A model generated the notes under the pieces. The model was given only the letters and a program-made list of their open reading frames with translations. It did no database searches and was not told the origin of the DNA. A stretch of 64,000 nucleotides of DNA from an uncultured delta proteobacterium (GTDB lineage Bacteria; Myxococcota_A; Polyangia; Palsa-1104), in contig CAWAWS010000016.1 of assembly GCA_963785725.1 (NCBI GenBank), positions 128,001 through 192,000 on the forward strand, written 5' to 3'. Every line of letters starts with the position of its first letter. Within the stretch, counting starts at the first letter, position 1. This document shows positions 44,562 to 57,930 of the stretch, one piece after another. Both the position numbers and the translations under genes were made by a program.

Positions 44562-45344
44562 ATGCGCGTCGTTCAGTCGGTCCAGTCGTTACAACATCCG
44601 CTCGCCGCCGAGATCGTGCAGCTCACGGCACGCGTGGCCGACCATCCGCTGTTCGCGCGCTTGCAGACGCTGCCGCGGGTGCGCTGCTTCATGGAGCATC
44701 ACGTCTGGGCGGTGTGGGACTTCATGGCGCTCTTGAAGTCGCTGCAGGCGGAGCTGGCGCCGACGGTGTCGCCCTGGCGGCCGCGCGACGCCGCCTCGGC
44801 GCGGCTCATCAACGAGATCGTGCTCGGCGAAGAGAGCGACCTCGGCCCCGACGGTGAGCCGGCCAGCCACTTCGAGGTCTACTTGACGGCGATGCAGGCG
44901 GCGGGCGCGGAGACGACGCCGATTCGCCGCTTCCTGTCGCTGCTCGGCCGCGGCATGAACGTCGAGCGCGCGCTCGACGAGGCCGCCGCGCCGCCGGCCG
45001 CCGCCCGCTTCGTGCGCGCGACGCTGCAGCTGACGCAAGAGCCGCTGCCGGCGCGCCTCGCGGCCTTCACGCTCGGCCGCGAAGACATCATTCCGTCGAT
45101 GTTCAGCCAGCTGGTGGCCAAGCTGGAGGCGCCGGGCGGCGATCTGCGCGCGCTCGTGTGGTACCTCGATCGCCACGTCACCGTCGACGGTGACGAGCAC
45201 GGCCCGATGGCCGCGCGCCTGTTTACGCGGCTGTGCCTCGCCGACGACAAGTCGCGCGAGCTGGCGCTGGCCGCCGGTCGCGTCGCGCTCGCCGATCGGC
45301 TGGCGCTGTGGGACGCCGTGCAAGCCGCCGTCGAGCGGCTGTAA
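44562..45344 (+). CDS. DUF3050 heme-oxygenase-like protein
   Basis: FMEHHVWAVWDFMALLKSLQ, INEIVLGEESD, SHFEVY, YLDRH..DGDEHGP. Confidence 0.88.
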   Translation: MRVVQSVQSLQHPLAAEIVQLTARVADHPLFARLQTLPRVRCFMEHHVWAVWDFMALLKSLQAELAPTVSPWRPRDAASARLINEIVLGEESDLGPDGEPASHFEVYLTAMQAAGAETTPIRRFLSLLGRGMNVERALDEAAAPPAAARFVRATLQLTQEPLPARLAAFTLGREDIIPSMFSQLVAKLEAPGGDLRALVWYLDRHVTVDGDEHGPMAARLFTRLCLADDKSRELALAAGRVALADRLALWDAVQAAVERL

Positions 45345-45403
45345 CCACCGCGCCGCGCGATTTCGGCTGGAGTCGCGGCCGCGCTTGCGGGAACATGCGC
45401 GCC

Positions 45404-45814
45404 ATGGCCGTCATCGCCACCACCCTCGTCGACAGCGAAGTCGGCTACGCGCAGCGGATCGAATCGGCCGGGCATCATTTGACGGCCGACGAGGCCACGG
45501 CCGCCGGCGGCAGCGACACCGGACCCGCGCCCTACGGCTTACTGCTGGCGGCGCTGGGCGCGTGCACGTCGATTACGCTGCGCATGTATGCCGCGCACAA
45601 AGGTTGGACGCTCGGCCATATCCACGTCGAGCTGCGACACGTCAAGACGCACGACGGCGGCGAGCACATCGAGCGCGACGTCCGCTTCGGCGCGCCGTTG
45701 ACCGCCGAGCAGCGACAACACATCGCCGACATCGTCGAGAAGACGCCGGTCACCAAGACGATCAAGGCCGGCGCCGCCATTCAGACGCGCCTCGTCGACG
45801 CCGCGACGATCTGA
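45404..45814 (+). CDS. OsmC/YhfA family protein
   Basis: ADE..GGSDTGPAP..LLAALGACTSITLRMYA; TPV where CPV is usual. Confidence 0.88.
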   Translation: MAVIATTLVDSEVGYAQRIESAGHHLTADEATAAGGSDTGPAPYGLLLAALGACTSITLRMYAAHKGWTLGHIHVELRHVKTHDGGEHIERDVRFGAPLTAEQRQHIADIVEKTPVTKTIKAGAAIQTRLVDAATI

Positions 45815-45981
45815 CGCTCGGCGTCGATTCGCCGGTGCGCGCGACAAGCTCGCGTCGCTCATCTCGGTTCGGTCGCGAGTGGCGGCGACGGTCGCGCCGC
45901 CGCGCGCGGGCCATTTCGCCCGTCGCTGCCGCTGTCCGACATTGACCTAGCGGCGCCAAAGAAGCGCGTTAGTATGGCTTG

Positions 45982-48702
<2,721 letters not shown>

Positions 48703-48705
48703 CCG

Positions 48706-50172
48706 CTACGACGACGGCGCCGTCTGATAGGTCAGACACTTGGCGTGCAAGAGTCCGGTGACGGCGCCCTCGATGACGAGGCGATAGGTGTCGTCGAAGC
48801 CGGTGTTGGGATCGGTGCGCGGCGGGCACAGCGGATCGTCGGCGACGTGCCAGCAAGGGGTCGCGCCCGACGAGTCGCAGCGGCCCATCGGCGTCGTGTC
48901 GTCGCCGACGGTGACGTCGCAGCTCGGCGACGCCGGCGACACCAGCGCCAGCGGCAAGCAGCCGCCGGCCGCCTGCAGCGCCATCTCGCTGCCGACGCCT
49001 TGCATGGCCAGCGAGAAATCGGGCGTCTGATCGAGCGCGTCGCCGCAGATCGACCACGACTGATGCACCGACGCGGCGTTGACGACGCTCGCGATGCGCA
49101 CCGCCGGATCGCCGAAGAACGCCGGATCGACGCTGTTCTGACACGCGTGCTGCAGCCGCTCGACGCAGGCCACGTCGAGCGCGCCGCAGGGCACGTACGA
49201 CGGATTGGGCGCGATGCCGAGCCCGGTGCCGCTGGTCACGAGCGCGAGCGTCACCGGCGTCGCCGGCGCATCGATGGCCAAGAGCGCCACCTGGCTCGGG
49301 TCGCTCTTGATGCCGCCGTTGGCCGTCGTCTGAGTAAACATGTTGATATAACGGCTGACATCGTAGGCGAGGCCGACGTTGTTCGGCGCCGCAACGCAGC
49401 TCGTGAGCGGGCCGGCTGCGTCGTTGCCGTAGGGCACGGGCATGCCGCCGCACTCGATGGCGAAGCGCGTCTGGCGAAAGGTGTCGTAGGCGCCGTAGAC
49501 GTTGACGTCGGCGGCCGACTCGTAGAATTTGGCGTCGGGCGGCGCCGAGCCGTCGTCCTCGTTGGTGACGAAGACGACGGCGAGCGCGGCGTCATCGCGG
49601 AGAAAGCCGCTGTTCTCCTGCGTGTTGTGCAGCGCCGCGTAGACCGACTCCAGCTGATGCTCGAAGCCGCAGCCCTCCGCGCCCACCGACGCCATGCAGG
49701 TAAACGTCGTCGACAGGTCTTGGCCCGCCGGCAAGTTGCTCGTCACCGCGCCCGAGGCGTCGACCTGATACGAGATGAAGGGCGTGCCGCTCGGCGGCAG
49801 ACAGCCGGCATCGGCCGCGACGCCGACCGCTTGCAGGAGGCCCTTTTGCCCGCCGGGCGAGGCGTCACAGCCGCCGCCGGCGGTGTCGCCCGCGCCGTAG
49901 TCGGACGTCACGACGCCGATGTGCAAATCGAGCGTGCCGCCTTGGTTCAAGCCCGACAGCGTCTGAATCAGCTGCGGAAAACGCGCGCGCAGCTCGACCT
50001 GCATGGCGTCCATCGACGGCGAGTTGTCGACCATGAACAAGAGGTCGCTCTTGCCTTGCGTCCCCATGCCGACAATCGCATCCGTCTGCGTGATGTTGGC
50101 CGGCAGCCCGACCAATAGTCGCGAAGTACACCCGCTCGCCACCGCCGCGAGCACAACGAGAGACCACCTCAT
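48706..50172 (-). CDS. Myxobacterial vWA-like Cys-rich lipoprotein
   Basis: ASGC lipobox; DLLFMVDNSPSM (DxSxS); GCGFEHQLE; VTNEDD. Confidence 0.82.
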   Translation of the reverse strand: MRWSLVVLAAVASGCTSRLLVGLPANITQTDAIVGMGTQGKSDLLFMVDNSPSMDAMQVELRARFPQLIQTLSGLNQGGTLDLHIGVVTSDYGAGDTAGGGCDASPGGQKGLLQAVGVAADAGCLPPSGTPFISYQVDASGAVTSNLPAGQDLSTTFTCMASVGAEGCGFEHQLESVYAALHNTQENSGFLRDDAALAVVFVTNEDDGSAPPDAKFYESAADVNVYGAYDTFRQTRFAIECGGMPVPYGNDAAGPLTSCVAAPNNVGLAYDVSRYINMFTQTTANGGIKSDPSQVALLAIDAPATPVTLALVTSGTGLGIAPNPSYVPCGALDVACVERLQHACQNSVDPAFFGDPAVRIASVVNAASVHQSWSICGDALDQTPDFSLAMQGVGSEMALQAAGGCLPLALVSPASPSCDVTVGDDTTPMGRCDSSGATPCWHVADDPLCPPRTDPNTGFDDTYRLVIEGAVTGLLHAKCLTYQTAPSS

Positions 50173-50197
50173 GCCGACCTCCTCGGGCGTCCGATCG

Positions 50198-51063
50198 TCA
50201 GGGAGTCGCCGCACGCGAGCCGTCATCGACAGCGGCGCGCACCGACGGCAAGAATAGGCTCAGCGGATAACGGCTCTGAAAGTCCTCGAAGAGCGCGTGC
50301 ACGTCGTCGCCACGCGCCGCCGCAGCTCGCACGCGCAGGGCGTCGCGCTCCTCGGCCAGCAGTCCCGACGGGAACAGCGTGGCGTGGCGGTTGACGGCGG
50401 CCAGCGCGCCGTCGTCGTCACCGGAGGCCAGCGCCGTGCGCGCCTTCTCCAAGAGCGCGCGCTCGTCGGCCAGCGTGCGCGGGTGCGCCGCCTCCGCATT
50501 CGGCTTCGGCAGCGCGTGCAGGTGATTGCCGTGCGTCGACCGCGGCGCCGCCGCGGCGATGCGCGCGGTCACCGGACGCGCCGCCGCCTCGTGCTCGGCG
50601 GCGGCTTCGGCGGCCGCGCGCGCCGCGTCGTTCACGTCGATGGTCATGGGCGTGGCGGGCGCATCGGCCGGGCGCGCTCAATCGGCCGACGCCGCGGGCG
50701 CGACCGCGACCGCTTGCGGCGACAGGCGATGCGCGCGCTCGCTGACGACGGCCGCGTTCGCCCGCGCCGCGCGATGCGCGAAATAGCCGGCCGCGGCCAG
50801 ATCCCGCCGCCCGCCGCCAACACCAGCGCCAGCTTCGCGGTCACCAGTGACTTGCCGCCGAGCGCCGACAGTTTGCCCGTCGTCGACAGCTTGCCCGCCG
50901 CCGGCGCCGCCGTCGACGCCGCGGCGCCAATCGCGACGCCCAGCGTCTGCTCGAGCCGCTGCCGCACGCGACCGCGCGCCAGCTCGTTCGGACCGTCCGC
51001 GGCCCGCTCGGCGTGCAACAGCGCCTCGAGATCGGGCGGCAGCCGGCGCAGCTCGTCGCTCAT
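50198..51063 (-). pseudogene. Putative membrane anti-sigma-like partner with C-terminal TPR-like helix pair, disrupted
   Basis: ATGA overlap with ECF gene; ERALLEKAR..FPSGLLAEER; frameshift ~50800 and in-frame TGA ~50680. Confidence 0.65.
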
Positions 51064-51617
51064 CGCTCGCCCTCCTTGCCGGCCGCGCGCAGCCGCTTGA
51101 CCGCCGCTGCGAAGTCGACGCGCGCCAGCCGCAAGCGCGAATACGCCGTATTCAACCGGAGGCCCAGCGCCAGCGCGATCTCCGGCATGCCCTGCTCGTC
51201 GATGTCGTGCATCACCAACACGGCGCGCCGGTTCTCGTCGAGCTGCTCGAGCGCCGCCAAGACGAGGTTGCGATCTTCGCGCGCGCCCATCTTGTCGTCG
51301 ACGAGCGGCTCCTCGCACGGCGGCGCCACCGGCGGCTCGCCCGGCCATTCGCGGCGATGCTGCGCCCGCCGCCGATAGTCCGAGGCCACACGAAAGGCGA
51401 TGCCCGACAGCCACGGTCGAATCGGCCGGGACGCGTCATAGCGATCGCGGGCGCGATAAAAGGCCACGAAGACGTCGTGGCACAGGTCTTCCAAGTCGCG
51501 ATCCCACACGCCGAAGCGACGCAGCGTATGCCACACGTGCGCCAGCTCCGCCTCGTAGAGGGCGGTGAAGTCGAATTCGGGCAGGTCCGCCCGCTGGCTT
51601 CGGCCGAGCACACTCAT
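51060..51617 (-). CDS. ECF RNA polymerase sigma factor
   Basis: EDLCHDVF, RPWLSGIA, PEIA..NTAYSRLRLAR. Confidence 0.92.
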   Translation of the reverse strand: MSVLGRSQRADLPEFDFTALYEAELAHVWHTLRRFGVWDRDLEDLCHDVFVAFYRARDRYDASRPIRPWLSGIAFRVASDYRRRAQHRREWPGEPPVAPPCEEPLVDDKMGAREDRNLVLAALEQLDENRRAVLVMHDIDEQGMPEIALALGLRLNTAYSRLRLARVDFAAAVKRLRAAGKEGER

Positions 51618-51642
51618 GATAGGGATCGGCCATCGCCATCCG

Positions 51643-52641
51643 TCACGGAAAATGCGCCAAAACCGCCAGGCCCAAAGCGCTGGAAACGGGCGGCGTCCTG
51701 TAAAGCCTGTGGCTTAGATCACCGAGCGAGCCGGCGTACAGCTCCATGCGCGTCACCGGCGCCAAGAGGTCGGCGTGGACGCGAATCGCCATCGGCGCCG
51801 GCAGCGGCACGTCGAAGGCGAGGCGGCCGCCGAACGCCGCGTAAAAGCTGCTGACCGTGCGCGGCGCGTTGTAGCCGCCGCCGTCGCCGCGCTCGGCGCC
51901 GATGGCCGCGATCGCGCAGATCGAGGCCACTTTGTGGCGCACGCAGGGCACGATCATGCCGATGATGAGCGCCGTCTCGACGCGCCCGCCGAACGCCGCG
52001 GGCGCCGCCGAAGGCACGTCGCCGCGCATCTCGACGCCGAGGCTCCAGCGCGCCTTGTTGATGCCGAGGTGGACCGTGAACGCGAAGGCCGGCGCCGGTC
52101 CGGCGTCGAGCGCGGCGGCGATGCCGACGCTGGCGTCGATGCCCACCGGCCAATGGCGGCGCGACCTGCCCACCGTCGGCACTTCGCTGTCGACGGCTTG
52201 CGCCGCGTGGTCCGGCAGCGCGCCCGTCCACGGGTCCGTCTTCTCCATTTTGCGGCCGGTCGCTTGCGCCTGCGCGCGCAGCGGCTCGACGGCCAGGCCG
52301 AGGACGAGCTCGACCGCCGGCGCCAGCTCGCCGCAGTCGTGACCGCGCAGCGCGCGCGCCCCCATCGGCGCGCCTTCGGCGTCGCTGAGCTCGATGCGCG
52401 CCTCGACGCCACCGTCGAGCCGCTCGATCGTCGCCGTCACCGTCAGCGGCCCGTCGCCGAAGGGATCGTAGCCGAGCTGCGCGGTCACCGCCTCGCGCAG
52501 CGTCGGCTCGTCGGGACAGTCGAGCGCGCCTTGGCCGCGCTGATACAGAAGCCGGACGCCTGGCGCCGCCGCCGCCGACTGCGCCGCTCCCAGCATCAGC
52601 GCGAGGACGGCGACAATCGGCGCCGCCCGACACGAACCCAT
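51643..52641 (-). CDS. Secreted myxobacterial-type hypothetical protein
   Basis: Signal peptide; CPDE..LGYDPF; beta-rich C-terminus. Confidence 0.7.
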   Translation of the reverse strand: MGSCRAAPIVAVLALMLGAAQSAAAAPGVRLLYQRGQGALDCPDEPTLREAVTAQLGYDPFGDGPLTVTATIERLDGGVEARIELSDAEGAPMGARALRGHDCGELAPAVELVLGLAVEPLRAQAQATGRKMEKTDPWTGALPDHAAQAVDSEVPTVGRSRRHWPVGIDASVGIAAALDAGPAPAFAFTVHLGINKARWSLGVEMRGDVPSAAPAAFGGRVETALIIGMIVPCVRHKVASICAIAAIGAERGDGGGYNAPRTVSSFYAAFGGRLAFDVPLPAPMAIRVHADLLAPVTRMELYAGSLGDLSHRLYRTPPVSSALGLAVLAHFP

Positions 52642-52702
52642 CTTAGAACGTTTACGCGGTGGGCCGCGCCGCGACAAGTACGGCGCTCACTTTCCGTCGC
52701 CG

Positions 52703-54187
52703 CTATTGCGGATAGTAGCTGCGCACCATCGTGAAAAAGTCACGGGTTCCCGGCCGATCGGGCTCGCCGCCGATCGTCCAATAAGTGATGCCGCCCAACC
52801 CCGCCGTCTGCGCCGCTTGCACCTTCTGCTCGAGCGAAGCCAAGTCGTCGAAGTAGAGGTGACCTTGCGCCGCCGACTGCGCGTTGGGCGCGATGCCCGC
52901 CGCCAGCGTCGTCACGCCGTTCGTAAACGGGCAGACGCTCATGTGCGTCGTCGTCGAGGAATAGACGCCGGCGACGAGGTTGATGCTGTCCATCGACGAG
53001 CCGGACCAGGAGGTGACGCCGCTGTCGGGTCCGGCGAGGCCGTAGTTGGGCATGCCGAGGATGAACTTCTGCTTCACCGTGCCGCCCGAGATCGTGGCGA
53101 TGTACGCGAACACGTTCTGCAGCCAGCCGAGCGGCGCCACCGGCCCCGGATGCGAGCCGAGATAGTGGTAGTCGTAGCCCATCACGTGCAGCTGATCGGC
53201 CGACTGCGCCAGCGCCGTGTAGTCCCAGTGCGAATAGCCCGGCACCGTCTCGGCACCGACGGCGAACGAGAGCGTCTTGCCTTGCGCGTGCAGGAGCGCG
53301 CTCAGCTCGGCCGCGAACTGCGAGAACGCCGCGAGATCGGTCGGCTGCAGATGCTCGTAGTCGAGGTCGATGCCGTCGTAGTGCTTCGACGTCACCAAGG
53401 CCACGATCGCCGCTTCGTGCTGGGCGCGCAGGGTCGCGCTGTTGATGATGGTCGAGGTCCAGGTCGGCTGACTGCCGTCGTCGGCGGTGATCGTCGGGAT
53501 GATGAGCGTGCGCTGGCCGCCGATCGTCGTCGCCGCCAGCACCGCGGGCGCGCCTTCGCCAAAGTTGGTCACGATCGTCGTCGTCGAGCCGAGGTGGTAC
53601 CAAACCGGGTGCACGGCATCGAACTGCGACGCGTGCGCGATGAAGTCGGCGTAATTCGGATCTTGGTCGACGCTGACGTACCCGGTCGGCATGAGCCAGC
53701 CGCAGAAACGGTGGTGATTCGTCGCCGGCGTCGTGGTCGGCGCGCCGCCGTTGGTCGTGAACGTGGCGTCGGACGAATAGACCATGTTGCCGCTGCCGTC
53801 CTGCGAGCGGACGCGATAGTGATACGTCGTCGCGGCGGTCAAACCGGTGATCACGATCGAATGCTGCGTGCTGTTGTCGTTGCTGTAGACGCTCCAGCTG
53901 CCGTAGGCGGTCGTCGCGCCGTACTGCACCTGCGCATCGGCGGCGGCCGAGGTCGTCCAGCTCACCGTCGCGCTCACGTCGTCGGCGCCCGCGGTCGCCG
54001 TCACGCCGGTGATGGTCGTCGCTGCCCCGGACGCGCTCGACGTGATCGGCAGCGCCAAGTCGGGCGCGCTCAGCGTCATCGGCACCGCCAAATCGGGATT
54101 GCCACCGCCGCCGCCGACTGCCGCGGCGTGCTGATTCGCGCTGCAGCCGAGTAAAAGTGTAGCCCAAGCGAGAGAAGTAATTTTCAT
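52703..54187 (-). CDS. GH18 glycoside hydrolase lipoprotein with FN3-like domain
   Basis: LLGC lipobox; GLTAATTYHYRV; YDGIDLDYE catalytic motif; MGYDYH. Confidence 0.9.
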   Translation of the reverse strand: MKITSLAWATLLLGCSANQHAAAVGGGGGNPDLAVPMTLSAPDLALPITSSASGAATTITGVTATAGADDVSATVSWTTSAAADAQVQYGATTAYGSWSVYSNDNSTQHSIVITGLTAATTYHYRVRSQDGSGNMVYSSDATFTTNGGAPTTTPATNHHRFCGWLMPTGYVSVDQDPNYADFIAHASQFDAVHPVWYHLGSTTTIVTNFGEGAPAVLAATTIGGQRTLIIPTITADDGSQPTWTSTIINSATLRAQHEAAIVALVTSKHYDGIDLDYEHLQPTDLAAFSQFAAELSALLHAQGKTLSFAVGAETVPGYSHWDYTALAQSADQLHVMGYDYHYLGSHPGPVAPLGWLQNVFAYIATISGGTVKQKFILGMPNYGLAGPDSGVTSWSGSSMDSINLVAGVYSSTTTHMSVCPFTNGVTTLAAGIAPNAQSAAQGHLYFDDLASLEQKVQAAQTAGLGGITYWTIGGEPDRPGTRDFFTMVRSYYPQ

Positions 54188-54358
54188 CGAGCGCCGACCA
54201 CAGCAATGGCCGGACCAGCGCAAAGCGATGCATTATCAATAACTTGACATTCTTATTCTGTAATATTCCAGCGACAGTTGTAGCCGCCAATATACAGGGT
54301 CTGCTGTAGGGCTTTTGCGCAGGCTGGCGCTGGCACGCCGAGTGAACCGTGTCGCCGC

Positions 54359-55240
54359 ATGGCGAATCCGGACGACCGAACGAGCGCGCCGTTGCCGCAA
54401 AATGGAAGCGCGCGTGCGTCGCTGAGCGACGAGAGTTCCACACGCGATCGCGACACCGTCGCCGATCGCGTCATCGGCTTCTTACGGCGCGACAATCCGC
54501 TGTCGCGGCGTGCGAAAGCGATCGTCAAGCAGCTGATGCGCGCGGAGTTGCCGGTGACGCCGCTGCACCGCGCCCTCGCCGCCGAGCGCTTCTGGCGGCG
54601 CATGCTGGTGCGTCACGTCGTGCGCGCGGCGTATGACCAGCCGATCCTGCGCACGATGTGCAAGTCGGTCGGCCGCGACTTCCTGCTCGATCCAGGCACG
54701 GGGATCCCCGTCATTTATGGGCTCGACGTGCACCTCGGCGACGGCGTTCACCTCTCGGGCCGGGCCACCTACGCGGGCGCCAGCCGCAACGACGGCCGCC
54801 GCCCGCGCCTCGTCGTCGGCGACCAGACCTACTTGGGCCATCGGCTCATCATCAGCTGCGACGACGAAGTGCGCATCGGCAGCCACGTCCACCTCGCCGA
54901 CGACGTCTACATTTGCGGCTACGACGGCCATCCGCGCGATCCGATCGCGCGCCGCAGCCAGCCCGGCCCGGTCGACTACAGCGGCCGGAGCCGCATCGTG
55001 CTCGAGGATGACGTCTGGATCGGTCAGGGCGTCATGATCTTGAAGGGCGTGCGCATCGGCGCCGGCGCCATCGTGGCCGCGCACGCCGTCGTCACCAAGG
55101 ACGTGACCGCGGGCGCCATCGTCGCCGGTAATCCCGCCAAAGCGGTCGGCCGAGTCGACGGCGGCGCGGTCGACGCGCTCGGATCGGTCGCCGCCGAAGC
55201 CGTCACTGCCGCCACGCCGCGCGAACGCTCGCTCGCCTGA
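54359..55240 (+). CDS. Hexapeptide-repeat (left-handed beta-helix) acyltransferase
   Basis: [29 protein letters not shown]. Confidence 0.88.
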   Translation: MANPDDRTSAPLPQNGSARASLSDESSTRDRDTVADRVIGFLRRDNPLSRRAKAIVKQLMRAELPVTPLHRALAAERFWRRMLVRHVVRAAYDQPILRTMCKSVGRDFLLDPGTGIPVIYGLDVHLGDGVHLSGRATYAGASRNDGRRPRLVVGDQTYLGHRLIISCDDEVRIGSHVHLADDVYICGYDGHPRDPIARRSQPGPVDYSGRSRIVLEDDVWIGQGVMILKGVRIGAGAIVAAHAVVTKDVTAGAIVAGNPAKAVGRVDGGAVDALGSVAAEAVTAATPRERSLA

Positions 55241-55261
55241 GCGTTCGCGCCGGCGGCTACA

Positions 55262-55621
55262 TCAATGTCCGAAGACGCGATTGGCGCGCTGCACGTCGTG
55301 CAGCCGCGGATGGCGTCGCGTCGTCAGGATGCGATTGCGCAGCTGCGTCAGTGAATGCAGCACGCGGTCTTTCGTCTTGTCGATGGCCGCGAACAGGGCG
55401 TCGTCGAGCTCGCGCACGTTGATGTCGCGATGTCCCTTGAGCTCGATTTGAACGTGGCAGCCGAGCGGAAAGCCACGATCGGTCTCCGCGAACAGCTGCA
55501 CCTCGATCGCGATGATGGAGAGGCTCGTATGTTTTCGGATCGGTTCGATGAGCTGGTGCTGAACGTAGGCGCGGACGCGGTCACCCAATTCGATATGGCG
55601 GGCGGTGAGGTAGACGTGCAA
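55262..55621 (-). CDS. HPF/RaiA-family ribosome-associated protein
   Basis: TARHIEL..RAYV..LFAAID; AGGAGG RBS before TTG. Confidence 0.75.
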   Translation of the reverse strand: MHVYLTARHIELGDRVRAYVQHQLIEPIRKHTSLSIIAIEVQLFAETDRGFPLGCHVQIELKGHRDINVRELDDALFAAIDKTKDRVLHSLTQLRNRILTTRRHPRLHDVQRANRVFGH

Positions 55622-55671
55622 TGGGCACCTCCTAGCCACGAAGATAGGCCGCCGGCGACGCGCGCCAGGGG

Positions 55672-56532
55672 TTACTTGCGCGGACGCAGGAGCTCGGCCA
55701 GCGACGTGGCGGCGTGACCGGTCAGGCGCGCGACGGCGTCGGTCACCGTCGCCAAGTCGCCGCCGGCGATGGCCGTGTACGTCGAGACCCAGGCGTCGAC
55801 CTGCCACGCCGGGGCGCCGTACGCCGCGCGCGAGGCGTAGGCCTCGGCGAGCGTCTCGTCGACGAAGCGAATGTCGCGGCCGAGCGCCGACGTCAGAATG
55901 GCGGCCACTTCGGCGAGCGTCAGCGACGCGGGGCCGGTGAGATCGTACGTCTTGCCGGCGTGGGCCGAGACGTCGCGCAAGACGGCGGCCGCGGCGTCGA
56001 CGATGTCGGCTTGCGCGACGGCGGCGACGCGACCTTGGCCGGCGGGGCCGCGAATGACGCCGTCGGCGCCGACCAGGGCCGCGAAGAAGTCGGCGTAGAG
56101 GTTGTCGCGCAGGAACGTGAACGCAAGGCCGCTGTCGCGAATGTACTCTTCGGTCGCGCCGTGATCGCGCGCCAACGTGAATGTCGCCGACGCCGACGCG
56201 CCGATGAATGACGTGTAGACGAGATGGCGCACACCGGCCGCCACCGCCGCGTCGACGAACGACCGATGCTGCGCGACGCGATCGGGCGACTCCGGCGCCG
56301 ACACCATGAGCACGACCGGCACGCCGGCGAGCGCCGCGCGCACCGCCGCGCCGTCGCCGTAAGACGCGACGCGCGCCTCGGCCCGCGACAACTTCGGCGC
56401 CCGCGCCAAGTCGCGGACGAGCAGCGTCTGCGCCACGCCGGCGGCCGCGAGCGCTCGCGCGACGCCGCCGCCCAATCGCCCCGTCGCGCCGCACACCCCG
56501 ACGCGCTCGACCGTGGTCGTCTCGACGCTCAT
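55672..56532 (-). CDS. NmrA-like atypical SDR oxidoreductase
   Basis: GATGRLG, AGVRHLVYTS, HGATE, LRDNLY. Confidence 0.88.
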   Translation of the reverse strand: MSVETTTVERVGVCGATGRLGGGVARALAAAGVAQTLLVRDLARAPKLSRAEARVASYGDGAAVRAALAGVPVVLMVSAPESPDRVAQHRSFVDAAVAAGVRHLVYTSFIGASASATFTLARDHGATEEYIRDSGLAFTFLRDNLYADFFAALVGADGVIRGPAGQGRVAAVAQADIVDAAAAVLRDVSAHAGKTYDLTGPASLTLAEVAAILTSALGRDIRFVDETLAEAYASRAAYGAPAWQVDAWVSTYTAIAGGDLATVTDAVARLTGHAATSLAELLRPRK

Positions 56533-56588
56533 TCGATTGTCTCCGTCAGCTGCTGCGAAACCAGGCGGATGCGGCGGAAAAGGCGGGG

Positions 56589-56900
56589 CTACTTCTGTTT
56601 CGCGATGACCTTGTCTTTGATCTTGTCGTAGGTCGCCTGCGGCACGATCTTCTTCGACACCAGCTGCGCCTTGTTCGCGTACGGCCGCCCGGCGATGATC
56701 TTCTTCGAGTAGGCGTCGCCGATGCCCGCCAGCGCCTTCAGCTGATCTTCGGTCGCCGAGTTGAGATCGACGAGATCGGTCGCGGCCGCCGGTGCCGCGG
56801 CCGTCGGCGCCGGTGCCGCCGCCTTCTTGGCCTGCGCCCAAGCGGGCGTCGTAAACAGGAGCGACAGTAGAGCCAACAGTGCGAAACGCGTCGTCTTCAT
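56589..56900 (-). CDS. ComEA-like helix-hairpin-helix protein
   Basis: Signal peptide; [25 protein letters not shown]. Confidence 0.88.
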   Translation of the reverse strand: MKTTRFALLALLSLLFTTPAWAQAKKAAAPAPTAAAPAAATDLVDLNSATEDQLKALAGIGDAYSKKIIAGRPYANKAQLVSKKIVPQATYDKIKDKVIAKQK

Positions 56901-56939
56901 CGAATCCTCCCCAGGGTTGGAATGCGGCTATGACGGACG

Positions 56940-57905
56940 TTACAGCTCGTCGTCGGCGAAAGCGAGCACGTCGCGAATGTTGCGCGCGCCGGTCAAGAGC
57001 ATGACGACGCGATCGACGCCCATGGCGATGCCCGACGACGGCGGCATGTCGGCCAGCGCCGACAGAAACTTCTCGTCGACGGGATATTCGGGCAGGCCGC
57101 GCCGGCGGCGCTCGTCGAGATCGGCGTGCAGCCGGCGGCGCTGCTCGACGACGTCGGTCAATTCGCCGAACGCGTTACACAGCTCGAGGCCGTGCGCGTA
57201 GACCTCGAAGCGCTCGACGACGCGCGGATCGCTCGGCTTTTCCCGCGCCAACGCGCACAGCGGCCGCGGCCAGTCGTAGACGAGCGTCGGCTGCGCCTGC
57301 CCGAGGTGCGGCTCGACCGCGTCGAGAAACATGGTGAAGAAGACGTCGTCCCAGGCGCCGTCGGCGGGCACGCGATGGCCGGCGCGCGCGATCTTCTCGC
57401 GCAAGAGCGGCAGCGGCTCGTCGCCGTCGATGCGCACGCCGGCCCAGCGCGCGGTCGCGTCGCCGACCGAGACGCGCTGCCACGGCCGCGCCAAGCCGGC
57501 GACGCCGAAGTCGTCGGCCAGCGACGAGACCAACGCCTCGATGTCGTCGGCGATGAGCTCCCAGCCGGCGCCGGCGCGATACCACTCGAGCATCGTGAAC
57601 TCGGGGTTGTGCTGCGGCCCCGCTTCGCCGCGCCGAAAGACCTTGCCGAGCGAATAGATCCGCTCGAGGCCGCCGGCCAAGAGGCGCTTCATTTGATACT
57701 CGGGGCTGGTGATCAAATAGCGATGCTCGACGGCAAACGCGTCGAGATGCAGCTCGAGCCCGGGCGACGGAACGAGAATCGGCGCTTCGATTTCGATGAA
57801 GTCGCGCGTGTCGAAGAACGCGCGCATCTTGCGGAGAATCTGCGCCCGCTCGGCCAGCTTGCGGCCGGCGAGGCGCAGCGTTTCGTCATTCGGGCGATCG
57901 ATCAT
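56940..57905 (-). CDS. epmA: EF-P lysine aminoacylase
   Basis: YLITSPEYQMKRLLA, FR..HNPEFTMLEWY, ELCNAFGEL, GIAMGVDR; adjacent to efp. Confidence 0.93.
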   Translation of the reverse strand: MIDRPNDETLRLAGRKLAERAQILRKMRAFFDTRDFIEIEAPILVPSPGLELHLDAFAVEHRYLITSPEYQMKRLLAGGLERIYSLGKVFRRGEAGPQHNPEFTMLEWYRAGAGWELIADDIEALVSSLADDFGVAGLARPWQRVSVGDATARWAGVRIDGDEPLPLLREKIARAGHRVPADGAWDDVFFTMFLDAVEPHLGQAQPTLVYDWPRPLCALAREKPSDPRVVERFEVYAHGLELCNAFGELTDVVEQRRRLHADLDERRRRGLPEYPVDEKFLSALADMPPSSGIAMGVDRVVMLLTGARNIRDVLAFADDEL

Positions 57906-57930
57906 GCGCGATCTCCGAACGACGACGGCG

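Noticed and set aside
54230..54300. Sigma70 promoter at TTGACA in the AT-rich gap
   Set aside because: No -10 element at canonical spacing
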